Source of the DNA: Oscillospiraceae bacterium
Lineage (GTDB): Bacteria > Bacillota > Clostridia > Oscillospirales > CAG-272
Length of the DNA: 64,000 nucleotides
Assembly: GCA_015064785.1 (NCBI GenBank)
Contig: SVRM01000003.1
Span: 3,336-67,335 of the forward strand
Reading direction: 5' to 3'
This document shows positions 27,417 to 37,771 of the stretch, piece by piece. The stretch's first letter is position 1; the number at the start of each line of letters is the position of its first letter. The notes under the pieces were generated by a model. It was not told where the DNA came from. It did no database searches and saw only the letters and a program-made list of their open reading frames with translations. The position numbers and the translations under genes were made by a program.

Positions 27417-29984
27417 ATGAAACAATATAACGTTACCGGCATGAGCTGTGCGGCATGTGTCGCCCGCGTGGAAAAAGCCGTCAATGCGGTACCGGGAGTC
27501 GAGCAGTGTGCCGTCAGCCTTCTGACCAATTCCATGGGCGTGGAAGGATCGGCATCCCCCGAGGACATCATTGCCGCGGTCACAGCTGCAGGCTACGGTG
27601 CATCCACAAAGGACAACACCGCGTCTGCCGCCTCCGCTCCAACCGGAGCAGATGCACTTACCGACCGCGAAACGCCGCTGCTGAAAAAACGGCTGATCGC
27701 ATCTGTGATCGTTCTACTCCTTCTGATGTACGTCTCCATGGGACATATGATGTGGAGCTTTCCGCTGCCCGCCGCCCTTGCGGACAATCCCGTCGCGCTC
27801 GGGCTGACACAGCTGCTTCTGTCGGCTGTTATCATGGTCATTAACCAGAAATTTTTTGTCGGCGGTGCCAAAAGCCTGTGGATGCGCGCCCCGAATATGG
27901 ACGCACTCGTTGCGCTTGGCTCTTCGGCCGCGTTTGTCTACAGCACCTATGCGCTGTACGCCATGTCCGCCTGTGTGCAGACCGGCGATATGACCGGCGC
28001 ACACGGATACCTGCACAATCTGTACTTTGAATCGGCGGCCATGATTCTGACACTGATCACCGTCGGCAAAATGCTGGAAGCCCGTGCCAAAGGAAAAACG
28101 ACCGATGCACTGAAAGGTCTGATGCGCCTGACGCCGAAAACCGCCCGCGTGATCCGAAACGGTAAGGAAACCGAGGTGGACATCGCGCAGGTACACAAGG
28201 GCGATGTCTTTGTAGTCCGTCCGGGCGAGGCAATTCCGGTTGACGGCATTGTTTCAGACGGTATGAGTGCCGTCAATGAAGCAGCGCTGACCGGTGAGAG
28301 CATTCCTGTCGATAAGGCGGTCGGTGACAGCGTATCTGCGGCGACCCTGAACACCTTCGGCGTTCTGCGCTGTGAAGCGACACGGGTAGGAGAGGACACC
28401 ACACTGTCACAGATCATCCGGATGGTCTCGGATGCGGCGGCGACCAAGGCACCGATTGCCAAAATTGCCGATCGGGTCGCCGGTATTTTCGTTCCGGCTG
28501 TCATGCTCATTGCCCTTCTGACCGCCGGCATCTGGATGCTCTGCGGTGAGAGCTTCGGCTTTGCACTGGCACGCGGCATTTCCGTGCTGGTCATCAGCTG
28601 TCCGTGTGCACTCGGTCTGGCAACGCCTGTTGCGATCATGGTCGGAAGCGGTGTCGGTGCCAAAAACGGCATTCTGTTCAAGACCGCCGCATCGCTGGAA
28701 AGTGCCGGACGTGTGACTATCGTCGCACTTGACAAAACAGGCACCATCACATGCGGCGAGCCGTCGGTGACCGATCTTCTGCCCGCAGACGGTATTTCCG
28801 CGGAAATGCTCCTTTCCTGTGCAGCATCGCTTGAGAAAAACAGCGAGCATCCGCTTGCCCGTGCTATCCGCCGTCAGGCAGAGGAGGAAGACATTCCCGC
28901 CGACAATGTCACCGATTTTGAAATCCTGCCCGGAAACGGTCTGCGTGCCAAGTGCGGTGATGCTCTGCTGTGCGGCGGCAGTCTGCGGTATATCGCATCG
29001 GTTCTGTCCACGCCCATCTCCGCGTCCGTCCATTCCGCCGCACAAACCCTCGCAGAACAGGGAAAGACACCGCTGTTCTTTGCCAAAAACGGCAGGCTGC
29101 TCGGCATCATCGCCGCTGCTGATACCGTCAAGGAGGACAGCCCCGAGGCCATCCGCCAGCTGCGGGAAATGGGCATCCGCGTCGTCATGCTGACCGGTGA
29201 CAATGCTGCAACCGCGGCTGCAGTCGGTTCTGCCGCCGGTGTTGATGAAGTCATCGCAGGCGTTCTGCCGGACGGCAAAGAGGAGGTCATCCGCCGTCTG
29301 CGGGAAACAGGTCACGTTGCCATGGTCGGCGACGGTATCAATGATGCCCCTGCGCTGACCCGTGCGGATCTCGGCATAGCCATCGGAGCCGGTGCCGATG
29401 TCGCGGTCGATTCGGCCGATATGGTCCTCATGAAGAGCCGCCTCTCCGATGTTCCTGCCGCCATCCGTCTCGGACGCGCGGTTTTGCAGAATATCCGCGA
29501 GAACCTGTTCTGGGCATTCGGCTATAACATCATCGGCATTCCGCTGGCGGCAGGTCTGTTCATCCCGCTTGGCGGATGGGAAATGAACCCGATGTTCGGT
29601 GCCGCGGCAATGAGCATCTCCAGCTTCCTCGTCGTTTCCAACGCGCTCAGACTCAACCTGTTTGATATCCGCCGGCACAAACCCGCCAAAAATACCGTCC
29701 CCGATGCGTCCCCCACACCAAAAATCACCGATCAGTCACCAATCACAATCAATACAAATACGGAGGAAACCACAATGACAAAAACCATGAAAATCGAAGG
29801 CATGATGTGCCCGCACTGCGAAGCACACACAAAAAAGGCGCTGGAAGCACTGGCGGGCGTTGCAGAAGCGACTGCCGACTTCAAGGCTGGCACCGCTGTG
29901 GTCACGCTGACAGCGGAGGTCGCCGACGAGGTGCTGAAGACCGCGGTCGAGGATGCCGGCTATACCGTTCTCGGAATTGAATGA
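27417..29984 (+). CDS. copA: copper-exporting P1B-type ATPase with N- and C-terminal HMA domains
   Basis: [39 protein letters not shown]-terminal GMMCPHC. Confidence 0.95.
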   Translation: MKQYNVTGMSCAACVARVEKAVNAVPGVEQCAVSLLTNSMGVEGSASPEDIIAAVTAAGYGASTKDNTASAASAPTGADALTDRETPLLKKRLIASVIVLLLLMYVSMGHMMWSFPLPAALADNPVALGLTQLLLSAVIMVINQKFFVGGAKSLWMRAPNMDALVALGSSAAFVYSTYALYAMSACVQTGDMTGAHGYLHNLYFESAAMILTLITVGKMLEARAKGKTTDALKGLMRLTPKTARVIRNGKETEVDIAQVHKGDVFVVRPGEAIPVDGIVSDGMSAVNEAALTGESIPVDKAVGDSVSAATLNTFGVLRCEATRVGEDTTLSQIIRMVSDAAATKAPIAKIADRVAGIFVPAVMLIALLTAGIWMLCGESFGFALARGISVLVISCPCALGLATPVAIMVGSGVGAKNGILFKTAASLESAGRVTIVALDKTGTITCGEPSVTDLLPADGISAEMLLSCAASLEKNSEHPLARAIRRQAEEEDIPADNVTDFEILPGNGLRAKCGDALLCGGSLRYIASVLSTPISASVHSAAQTLAEQGKTPLFFAKNGRLLGIIAAADTVKEDSPEAIRQLREMGIRVVMLTGDNAATAAAVGSAAGVDEVIAGVLPDGKEEVIRRLRETGHVAMVGDGINDAPALTRADLGIAIGAGADVAVDSADMVLMKSRLSDVPAAIRLGRAVLQNIRENLFWAFGYNIIGIPLAAGLFIPLGGWEMNPMFGAAAMSISSFLVVSNALRLNLFDIRRHKPAKNTVPDASPTPKITDQSPITINTNTEETTMTKTMKIEGMMCPHCEAHTKKALEALAGVAEATADFKAGTAVVTLTAEVADEVLKTAVEDAGYTVLGIE

Positions 29985-29994
29985 GGACCTGCCC

Positions 29995-30738
29995 ATGACA
30001 GAAAAGAAAACGTACCGTCTGACCGCTGTATCTCCCGATACGTTTGCCGATGCCTGTGCCGAAGTGCTTTTCCGCACCGTCTGCGACAAACCCGATGCGG
30101 TCATCGGTCTGTCCACAGGACGCACCACCGGCGACATCCATCGCAGATTCGCTGCACTGGTGCACGAACACGGCATTGATGTTTCCCGCCTCACGATCTT
30201 CGGTCTGGACGAGGTCACCGGTGTCAGCCGCGATTACTTCGGCAGCTGTATCTGGATGTTGGAGCATGAATGTGTCAACGATCTCGGCATTCCGGCGGAG
30301 AATTTTCTGATGCTGCCGCTGACCTCGGATGACTGGGAACGAGACTGTGCAGCCTTCCGTGCCGAGCTTGCACGCCGCGGCGGCATCACGCTGCTTGAGC
30401 TTGGACTGGGTGAAAACGGACACATCGGCTTCAACCAGCCCGGAACCCCGTTTACCCAGCGCGCTTTCCATGGCTCCATGCACGATTATCTGGAGGCACG
30501 CATCCGCCGCGAGACAGGCACCCCCGATGATGTTCCGCTCGGCGGCGTGACGCTCGGCATCGCCGATGTCATGGATGCAAAGACCATTATGCTCTGTGCC
30601 AACGGCGCACACAAAAAGCAGGTACTGACCGATGCGCTGTACGGTCCCATCTCCACCGATCTTCCGGCGACGGTATTGCAGTCCCATCCTAACCTGCTCA
30701 TTTTCTGCGACACCGATGCCGCACCCGATTCCATCTGA
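29995..30738 (+). CDS. glucosamine-6-phosphate deaminase-like protein (NagB family)
   Basis: GLSTGRT, LDEV, LGLGENGHIGFNQPG, PATVLQSHP. Confidence 0.75.
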   Translation: MTEKKTYRLTAVSPDTFADACAEVLFRTVCDKPDAVIGLSTGRTTGDIHRRFAALVHEHGIDVSRLTIFGLDEVTGVSRDYFGSCIWMLEHECVNDLGIPAENFLMLPLTSDDWERDCAAFRAELARRGGITLLELGLGENGHIGFNQPGTPFTQRAFHGSMHDYLEARIRRETGTPDDVPLGGVTLGIADVMDAKTIMLCANGAHKKQVLTDALYGPISTDLPATVLQSHPNLLIFCDTDAAPDSI

Positions 30739-30763
30739 TTTCCGGATGAAAGGAGAACACGCC

Positions 30764-33022
30764 ATGCTTTATCTGCACGACGAAATGGCGGCAAAGAAGC
30801 AAACAACGGTCTTAGACCTGCTGTCCGTATCCGCACCGCGCCATGCAGGACGCGGCACCCTGTCTCCCCGCGACGACGGTACCTGGGTACTGTCCGCACC
30901 GCCGACCCATGACAACTGGGCGGCACACCACTGTCCTCCCGACGGTGATTACTGCAACTTCGGTTCCTGTACCATGGTCATAGACCTTGACGGCCGGGAT
31001 CTTTCTGCATATAACCGACTAACCTTTTCGGCATTTGCCGTTGATACCGGGATTCCCGCACCGATGCTGTACTGCGGCATCCAAAGCAGCGGCGCACATC
31101 CGATCCCAGATGCGTTCGGCAGAAGCGGCACCCATCAGGCGTCCCTTGTCACAGGACAGTGGTGCGAGGTGATCTGGGAATTTCCGGAGCTGACCGCAGA
31201 CCGCTGTGACGCAATCACCATCTCCATGCCGCTCAACGGCGATTTCGGTCTTGATCTGCCCGATACCACGGTGTATCTGCGCGATGTCACCCTCTCACAT
31301 ATCAGCGATCCCGAGCCGTGTCACGGCTGGGACTGCGGCGAGCGCATCGCCTATTCCTTTGCAGGCTATCCTGCCGACAGCGAAAAGATCGCCGTAACGC
31401 AGATTCCGTGCGACAGCTTTGCTGTCCTCAACCGGACACGGAACACCGAATGCACCCTGCCCGCAAAGACAGTTGTCTTTTTGGGACAGACCTACCGGCT
31501 GTTCGATTTTTCTGCGGTCACGGAATGCGGTACCTATGCGCTGTGTGCCGGGAATGTCACAACCGACGACTTCCCGATTGTCACACGGGAAGCATTTCAA
31601 ACGGCACTGTCGGAAAAGCTGCTCACCTTCATTTCTGCCGAGCGATGCGGCTGTGCGGTAGCCGGACATCATCCCGCCTGTCACGCCGATATTGTCGCCG
31701 AACACAACGGCGTTGTAAAGTCCTACCACGGCGGCTGGCACGATGCGGGAGATCTGTCCCAGCAGACACTGCAGTCGGCAGAAACCGCCGCCGCCCTGCT
31801 CCGTGCCGCAGGACATGCTCCGTCCTGTGCGGGAGCTCTTCTGGCTGAATCCCGCTGGGGCATGGACTTTATCCTGTCCATGCGGTTCGGTGACGGATAC
31901 CGCGCCACCTCTGCCGGCATCACGCGCTGGACCGACGGTGTCATCGGCACCATGGACGACTGCTATGCACGTGTCCACAATCACGCCTTTGAAAACTATC
32001 TTTTTTCCGCAATCGAAGCACAGGCGGCAATGGCAGAAACCGACTCCGCCCGCCGCGATGCACAGGCTCGTGCCGCCGTCGAGGATTTTGCGTATGCCGA
32101 AGAACGATACGCAGAATACGGACGGGAGCTGCCGATCTTCTTTGAACATTCCTATTCCTCCCCGCGGTCCCTGTATGCGGCGGCGGCAATCGTCGGTGCG
32201 GTATCGCTGTACCGTTTGACGGAAAATCCGGCGTACCTTGACGCTCTGCGGCCGCACATCGCGGTACTTCTCTCATCCCAGATGCGCGATTCTGCTTTGC
32301 CGATCACAGGATATTTCTGCCGTGATGAATCGCTGACAGTGCCAACGCATTTCACACACCAATCGCGTGAATACCTCTACGGCGAGGCACTGGCAGGACT
32401 TTTATCCGTTCCGCTGGATTCCGCGGCAAGCGCACGTGTCAGAGAAGCTGCCGACGCATACAGCGGCTATTTCAAGCAGCTATATTCATATGCCTCCCCC
32501 TATGGGATGCTTCCAGCCGGTGTTTATGCGCTGTCGGAAACCGATGACACACCCCAAAACCGCGAAATTTTCTCGCTCTGTCATCTGTTTGCCGACTTTG
32601 ACAGTACACTTGCCGAGCAGAAGGAACAGATTTACGCCGGTACGCAGATCGGTGAAGGACTGTATGTAAAGCAGTTCCCCGTCTGGTTCTCCTTCCGCGG
32701 AAACAACGTCATCTTCCTGTCTCAGGCGGCATCCCTGCGCGCGTTGGCAAAGGTCTGCGAGGATCCTGCGCTGAACGCAATCGCCGACCGGCAGATTCTA
32801 TTTGTACTCGGCACCAATCCGTTCCGTCAGTCGATGGTCTACGGATACGGCGGCCGATGCGCAGAACCGTACTTTGCCCTGCTCGGACGGTGCGAGGGTG
32901 CGGTTCCCGTCGGCATTCAGACGGACGGCAACGAAGATGAACCCTTCTGGCCGTGCGGCATCAATGCGACCTATAAGGAGGTCTGGCTGTCGTCCGCCAC
33001 GGCCCTGCTCAGAAGCATGTGA
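30764..33022 (+). CDS. GH9 family glycoside hydrolase, no signal peptide
   Basis: GGWHDAGD motif, LGTNPFRQSMVYG, ATYKEVW. Confidence 0.8.
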   Translation: MLYLHDEMAAKKQTTVLDLLSVSAPRHAGRGTLSPRDDGTWVLSAPPTHDNWAAHHCPPDGDYCNFGSCTMVIDLDGRDLSAYNRLTFSAFAVDTGIPAPMLYCGIQSSGAHPIPDAFGRSGTHQASLVTGQWCEVIWEFPELTADRCDAITISMPLNGDFGLDLPDTTVYLRDVTLSHISDPEPCHGWDCGERIAYSFAGYPADSEKIAVTQIPCDSFAVLNRTRNTECTLPAKTVVFLGQTYRLFDFSAVTECGTYALCAGNVTTDDFPIVTREAFQTALSEKLLTFISAERCGCAVAGHHPACHADIVAEHNGVVKSYHGGWHDAGDLSQQTLQSAETAAALLRAAGHAPSCAGALLAESRWGMDFILSMRFGDGYRATSAGITRWTDGVIGTMDDCYARVHNHAFENYLFSAIEAQAAMAETDSARRDAQARAAVEDFAYAEERYAEYGRELPIFFEHSYSSPRSLYAAAAIVGAVSLYRLTENPAYLDALRPHIAVLLSSQMRDSALPITGYFCRDESLTVPTHFTHQSREYLYGEALAGLLSVPLDSAASARVREAADAYSGYFKQLYSYASPYGMLPAGVYALSETDDTPQNREIFSLCHLFADFDSTLAEQKEQIYAGTQIGEGLYVKQFPVWFSFRGNNVIFLSQAASLRALAKVCEDPALNAIADRQILFVLGTNPFRQSMVYGYGGRCAEPYFALLGRCEGAVPVGIQTDGNEDEPFWPCGINATYKEVWLSSATALLRSM

Positions 33023-33046
33023 ATCGTTACACACAAACTGTAAACC

Positions 33047-33086
33047 AAAAGCCGATGCCGGTTGTCAAACCGCACATCGGCTTTTC
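33047..33086. terminator. bidirectional terminator
   Basis: AAAAGCCGATG...CATCGGCTTTT. Confidence 0.7.
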
Positions 33087-34112
33087 TTATTTCAAAGGAA
33101 TGATAACCTTCCCCGGTACAACCGTCAGATCCGGCGTCCATCCACCATCGAGAATCCCCGGTGTTCCGGCATTTTTGAGATTGTGTACACCATCTGCGTC
33201 AAAGCGTGTCAGCTCCACACGGTCACGGTAAACGGCAAACACAGTACAGCTGCGCGTCTCCCCTTCCTCACCGGTCGCGGTAAAGCCGACATAGCCGGCA
33301 TTGAGGTAGGTAAAGTGCAGATCGGTCATATGGTACCGCATCGTCCCGTATTCCGCCTCTGCGTCTGGAACCGGCATCGGATCGCCGGGTGCAAGATAAA
33401 TACATGACCCGCCGAGATAGCTGTCATAATCATCAGAATGGTTGTGCGCAAACAGCACAATGAGATTCAGCCCCGCTGCACCGGCACGATTGAGTACATC
33501 GACCAGATATGCGGCATACCGGTTATCCTCACGCCAGCTCATATGAAGCGGAATGTGCGTCATCACAAAGATCGGACGTGTCTCACCTGCCTCCGCTTTT
33601 TCCGTCAGATAAGCCTCGAGCGCCGCTGCGGTTTCCTCGATCAGAAACGCATTGTCCTCATCGGCAAACGCCGGAAAATCGCCTTCATGAATCAGATAAA
33701 CAATATAATCCGACCGCTCATAGGCACCGCCGGAATCCAGCCCCGGCGTGTCCTCGGGATCGTGGTTGCCCTGCAAAAACAGAATATCATCGGCATCCAG
33801 CGCATACGCACGGCGGATTTTGTCACAGACAATACCGATGCCCTCGGCGGAACGTTCGGTATCGTAGGCACTGCTGTAGTCGCCGAGAAACAGTACCTCG
33901 TCAACTGAACGGTATCCGTTCTTCTTTGCCGTCTCCAGCAGCCGGGAAAGCACAGCACCGTCGCGTCCATCACCCTGCAGGTCCGACCCGGCCCAGATCA
34001 CAGCGCGCGGGGATGTCAGATGCTGCCAACAAAGGAACATCGCCGCCAGCAGAAGCAGTACCGCCGTGCCAGGGATCAGCCACCTGCAAAAAAACTTCCT
34101 CTGCTCCGTCAT
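33087..34112 (-). CDS. membrane-anchored metallophosphoesterase
   Basis: SDLQ, LGDY, GNHD, THIPLH, FAHNH; N-terminal TM; ATGA overlap with upstream gene. Confidence 0.75.
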   Translation of the reverse strand: MTEQRKFFCRWLIPGTAVLLLLAAMFLCWQHLTSPRAVIWAGSDLQGDGRDGAVLSRLLETAKKNGYRSVDEVLFLGDYSSAYDTERSAEGIGIVCDKIRRAYALDADDILFLQGNHDPEDTPGLDSGGAYERSDYIVYLIHEGDFPAFADEDNAFLIEETAAALEAYLTEKAEAGETRPIFVMTHIPLHMSWREDNRYAAYLVDVLNRAGAAGLNLIVLFAHNHSDDYDSYLGGSCIYLAPGDPMPVPDAEAEYGTMRYHMTDLHFTYLNAGYVGFTATGEEGETRSCTVFAVYRDRVELTRFDADGVHNLKNAGTPGILDGGWTPDLTVVPGKVIIPLK

Positions 34113-35056
34113 TCTGTCAGATCGCACTGGAAGAATACCATCTTTTCGCGCTTCCAGGTATATGCGCCGTAGAGATACTTGCCGTCGGTAATAACTGCGG
34201 GATAGGAATATTCACCCGGTTCGGTTTCCAGATCAAACAGCCGCACAAACGTATCACCGCTGTCGGTACTTTCAAACAGGGAAAGCGGTGTGCGTCCCTC
34301 GGTCACGGGATTGCAGCAGAGGATGATGCGGTTATCAGATACCTTGACCAGATCCAGACCGCTGTTGTTGTTCGGCAGTCCGCTGTCGTAAAACGTACAC
34401 CAGGTCTTGCCGAAGTCCGTGGAATCGGAGCGGAAAATCTTTTTATTTTTGGAGCGCACCAGCATATGCACGCCACGATCGTCCTCCCAAAGCGACGGCT
34501 GAATCACCTCCGTGTCCTCCGTCGGAACAGGAATGAACGGCGTTTCCTCCCATGTGTAACCATTGTCGGCAGAAATATCGCAGAAGCAGCGCCACGGTCC
34601 CTGCTCAAAGGATGCACCTGCCAGAATCGTACCGTTGGACAGACGGATCGGCTTGTTCTTGACAGGACCTCTGCCGTCGATGTCGTGCTCGCACAGGCGG
34701 CGCGGCTCTGACCACGTATAACCGCCGTCGCGCGAAGTCGTGAACATTGTATTCCATGAATCAATGTTCTTACTGCGCTTATAGTACAGCAGAATCTCCT
34801 CGCCGTTGTCATAAAGCACAGGATTCCAGTTTGGAATCGGTTCGACGGTTGATACACATTGTGGTGCCGACCATGTTCCATCGGCGTCCGAACGGCGTGC
34901 AACGTAGATCTGCACATCGTCCCGTCCTTCGTAGGTACCGCCGAACCACGCGGCAAGGATGCCGTAGTCTGTGCGGATCAACGTTGCCGCATGACCGGAC
35001 ATGGGAATATCAAGGGTTTCGGGATTATAAATAAATTCTTTTTTTAACAGTTCCAT
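34109..35056 (-). CDS. BNR/Asp-box sialidase-family protein
   Basis: SxDGGYTW, SADNGYTW, STDFGKTW, STDSGDTF Asp-boxes; GPVKNKP, RTPLSL, EYSYP. Confidence 0.8.
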   Translation of the reverse strand: MELLKKEFIYNPETLDIPMSGHAATLIRTDYGILAAWFGGTYEGRDDVQIYVARRSDADGTWSAPQCVSTVEPIPNWNPVLYDNGEEILLYYKRSKNIDSWNTMFTTSRDGGYTWSEPRRLCEHDIDGRGPVKNKPIRLSNGTILAGASFEQGPWRCFCDISADNGYTWEETPFIPVPTEDTEVIQPSLWEDDRGVHMLVRSKNKKIFRSDSTDFGKTWCTFYDSGLPNNNSGLDLVKVSDNRIILCCNPVTEGRTPLSLFESTDSGDTFVRLFDLETEPGEYSYPAVITDGKYLYGAYTWKREKMVFFQCDLTE

Positions 35057-35072
35057 TTTGAATTCTCCTTTG

Positions 35073-35870
35073 TTATAACGCAAGCGGCAGATTTTCAATC
35101 ATCAGACCGCCGATATACATACTTGCAAGGTTCGCACACAGTGCGTAGGGGATACTGCGTCCCCGTTTTTCCCGCAGGGTATTCCAGTATGCAAGCACTT
35201 CAAAAATCACAATCACCGCTTCCAGCAGATAATAACCGAACAGCACATACGAATCCATCGTTGCGCCGCCGAGCAGCAGATTCAGAAGCAGCTGTGTCAT
35301 GGCGTTGAAGCAAAGGAATACACCCCAGCTGTGTTTTTCCCGATAGCCGAACGCCCAGAACAGAATGCCCTCAATGAGCAGTGTCAGTGCGACACGCAAT
35401 CCGATGATCAGCGTCATGCGTCCCGCATAAAGATCATTGCGCAGCATGTACGGCGCGGGAAAGGACTCCGGAAACCGTTTCAGCTCCGAAAGATCCAGTA
35501 AAAGCACATTGTTGTAGCGTTCAAAGGTCTGATCGGGCAGCGCCAGACATGTCGTGTTCCCGCCCGTTGTCACCGCCAGATGCAATGCGGACAGATCAAA
35601 GCTGTCCTCGGAATCGGTCATCCCCGGCAGAAGGACGTGGCTGTAGGTAAAGCGGAAATACGTCTCCCAGCCGCGTACCGACTTCCGTGTTTTCAGCTGA
35701 AAGGCTTCCTTGTGATTGGCATCCTCCAGCGCAAGTGCAAGATCATCCGGCGCATTGACAACCACAATGGTCAGACACGGCGGCTCCGCAGAATTTGCAA
35801 AGACAGGGAACACAAACAGGACTGTCATACAAAGCGTCAGCAGAAACAGGAACAGGGAACGGTACCTCAT
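35073..35870 (-). CDS. hypothetical membrane protein
   Basis: signal peptide (FANSAEPP) and about 4 C-terminal TM helices. Confidence 0.65.
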   Translation of the reverse strand: MRYRSLFLFLLTLCMTVLFVFPVFANSAEPPCLTIVVVNAPDDLALALEDANHKEAFQLKTRKSVRGWETYFRFTYSHVLLPGMTDSEDSFDLSALHLAVTTGGNTTCLALPDQTFERYNNVLLLDLSELKRFPESFPAPYMLRNDLYAGRMTLIIGLRVALTLLIEGILFWAFGYREKHSWGVFLCFNAMTQLLLNLLLGGATMDSYVLFGYYLLEAVIVIFEVLAYWNTLREKRGRSIPYALCANLASMYIGGLMIENLPLAL

Positions 35871-35912
35871 TTGTTGTCTCACCTCACTTTGATTGCGGTT
35901 GATTGTCAGTTA

Positions 35913-36812
35913 TCATACCTCGTAGCAGCCGTATTCCTCCAGAATGCACCTGCCGATTTCATAAAGATACTTCTCCGCTGTCTGCCGCAGACGAAGCGGC
36001 GGCTTGGCAAGGCGCGTATCTCCGTCATATGGACGGCGCTTGCCTGCGGGATAGAAGATATTACCCGATTCAAACGTGAAATACCCCTTGTAACCGATAT
36101 CAAGCAGACCGTGCATCAGGGAATCGAGATTGAGTGAACCGGAGAACGGCGCCAGATGATGGTCATCGTTGCCCCAGTTGTCCTGCACATGGAGTGCGCA
36201 GACATGATGCCCGAGAATCTTTAAGGATTCATGCTGCGGCATTTCCTGCATATTGCCGTGACCTGCATCCCAAACGGCATGGAAGTTCGGATGGTCAACG
36301 GTTTCGATCATCGCAAGCAAATCGGGTGCGTTGTCGATCCAATAAAGCCCGTCGATGCACATCTTGTTGAAGTTTTCCACAAGGATGTTGACATTGCATT
36401 CGGCCGCCAGACGCAGCAGCGGTGCATAAAATTCGGCGTTTGCCTCAAAGGTCTGTTCTTTTGTCAACCCTTTGGTGTAACCGGAATGGACGACGAGATT
36501 CGGAATCCCGAGAATGCCGCACGCCTCAACACACCGTGCGGTATCGGCGATAAATGCGGCATTGTCCGCGGCAATCGGTGCGCCCATCGGTGCATGTGCC
36601 TGAATAAACGTCGCACCGAGATCAACGGATTTCTGCTTTACACGTGCCAGAAATTCCTTCCAGTCATCGGCATAAACGCCGCCGCGCATGTGATAATCCT
36701 GCCCGAAATCGTAATCGAGATACCGGAAGCCCGCGTCACGGATGTACTGCATGGATTCTTCTTTTACTTTCGTATAGGCGTTGAAGTCGCCTGTGGTTGT
36801 CGCCAGCTTCAT
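35913..36812 (-). CDS. sugar phosphate isomerase/epimerase (TIM barrel)
   Basis: LVEN, WDAGH, LHVQDN, FTFE metal-ligand pattern. Confidence 0.8.
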   Translation of the reverse strand: MKLATTTGDFNAYTKVKEESMQYIRDAGFRYLDYDFGQDYHMRGGVYADDWKEFLARVKQKSVDLGATFIQAHAPMGAPIAADNAAFIADTARCVEACGILGIPNLVVHSGYTKGLTKEQTFEANAEFYAPLLRLAAECNVNILVENFNKMCIDGLYWIDNAPDLLAMIETVDHPNFHAVWDAGHGNMQEMPQHESLKILGHHVCALHVQDNWGNDDHHLAPFSGSLNLDSLMHGLLDIGYKGYFTFESGNIFYPAGKRRPYDGDTRLAKPPLRLRQTAEKYLYEIGRCILEEYGCYEV

Positions 36813-36838
36813 GAATCAGAACACCTCCGAATGCTTTT

Positions 36839-37681
36839 TCAGTCCAGCGCCGCAAGGCAGGAGAGAATCAGATCTCTTGCCTTGGCAATGTCCTTTGTCT
36901 GCTGATCGCCGGAAATTTCGCGCTCGATGATGTACGGTCCCTCATAGCCGCAGTTCTTCAGCGCGGCGATAATGCCGGGAACGTTGGCACGACCGTCTCC
37001 GAGCGCACATTCATGACCAAGCTCCCGTCCGGTCGTCGGATAGAAGCCATCCTTGAAGTGCGTGTTGCGGACGTATCGGCCGAAGACCTCGATGGCATCA
37101 ACGGTATTCGCCTTGCCGTACAGAATCAGATTGGCGGTGTCGAGATTGATGCCGAGATTGCCCGTACCGACTTCCTCGATGTAGCGCAGCATCGCAACCG
37201 GCGTTTCCTGTCCCGTTTCAAACAGGAAGTACTGACCGTACTGCTTCAATTCCTCTGCGATGTCGGCAATGGCCTCCTTAATCGGCAAAAAGTCCGGACT
37301 GTTGGGATCCTCCGGGAGAAAGCCTGCATGGGTAATGACGTCGGTAACACCAAGCAGACGCGCAAACGCCGCCTCTGTCTTAATCTCTGCAATGCGCTTT
37401 TCGCGGTACTGCTCAGGAACGATGCCGAGTGTGGTCGGACCCTCATAGAAGTTCCAGACGGCAGGTGCACTCCAGCCCGCCCAGACAGCGGTGATGCGGA
37501 TGCCATGTTTTGCCGCCAGCGTCTTGACTGCCTCCGCCGCTTCTTCGGTCATCACCGACGAAGGATGGACATTGAGCTGACATGCATTCAGCTCCAGTGA
37601 CTTCAGGCGTGCAAAGTCTGCGTCAAGCGCTTCAAGATTACCGGAATAGCCGATCAGCGCACCGATTTCATATGATTTCAT
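36839..37681 (-). CDS. sugar phosphate isomerase/epimerase
   Basis: FETGQE, NLDTAN, THFKD, IERE. Confidence 0.82.
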   Translation of the reverse strand: MKSYEIGALIGYSGNLEALDADFARLKSLELNACQLNVHPSSVMTEEAAEAVKTLAAKHGIRITAVWAGWSAPAVWNFYEGPTTLGIVPEQYREKRIAEIKTEAAFARLLGVTDVITHAGFLPEDPNSPDFLPIKEAIADIAEELKQYGQYFLFETGQETPVAMLRYIEEVGTGNLGINLDTANLILYGKANTVDAIEVFGRYVRNTHFKDGFYPTTGRELGHECALGDGRANVPGIIAALKNCGYEGPYIIEREISGDQQTKDIAKARDLILSCLAALD

Positions 37682-37771
37682 AAGTTGATTTCCTTTCCGT
37701 ATAAAAAATGGGAATTGCCCTGTTACGTTCATTATATCATGAACAGCAACATCTGTCAATTCCCTTTTCTT

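Noticed and set aside
29770-29984. separate copZ gene
   Set aside because: The HMA domain is in frame with copA with no intervening stop; an internal start (GGAGG before MTKTMK) is possible but unproven
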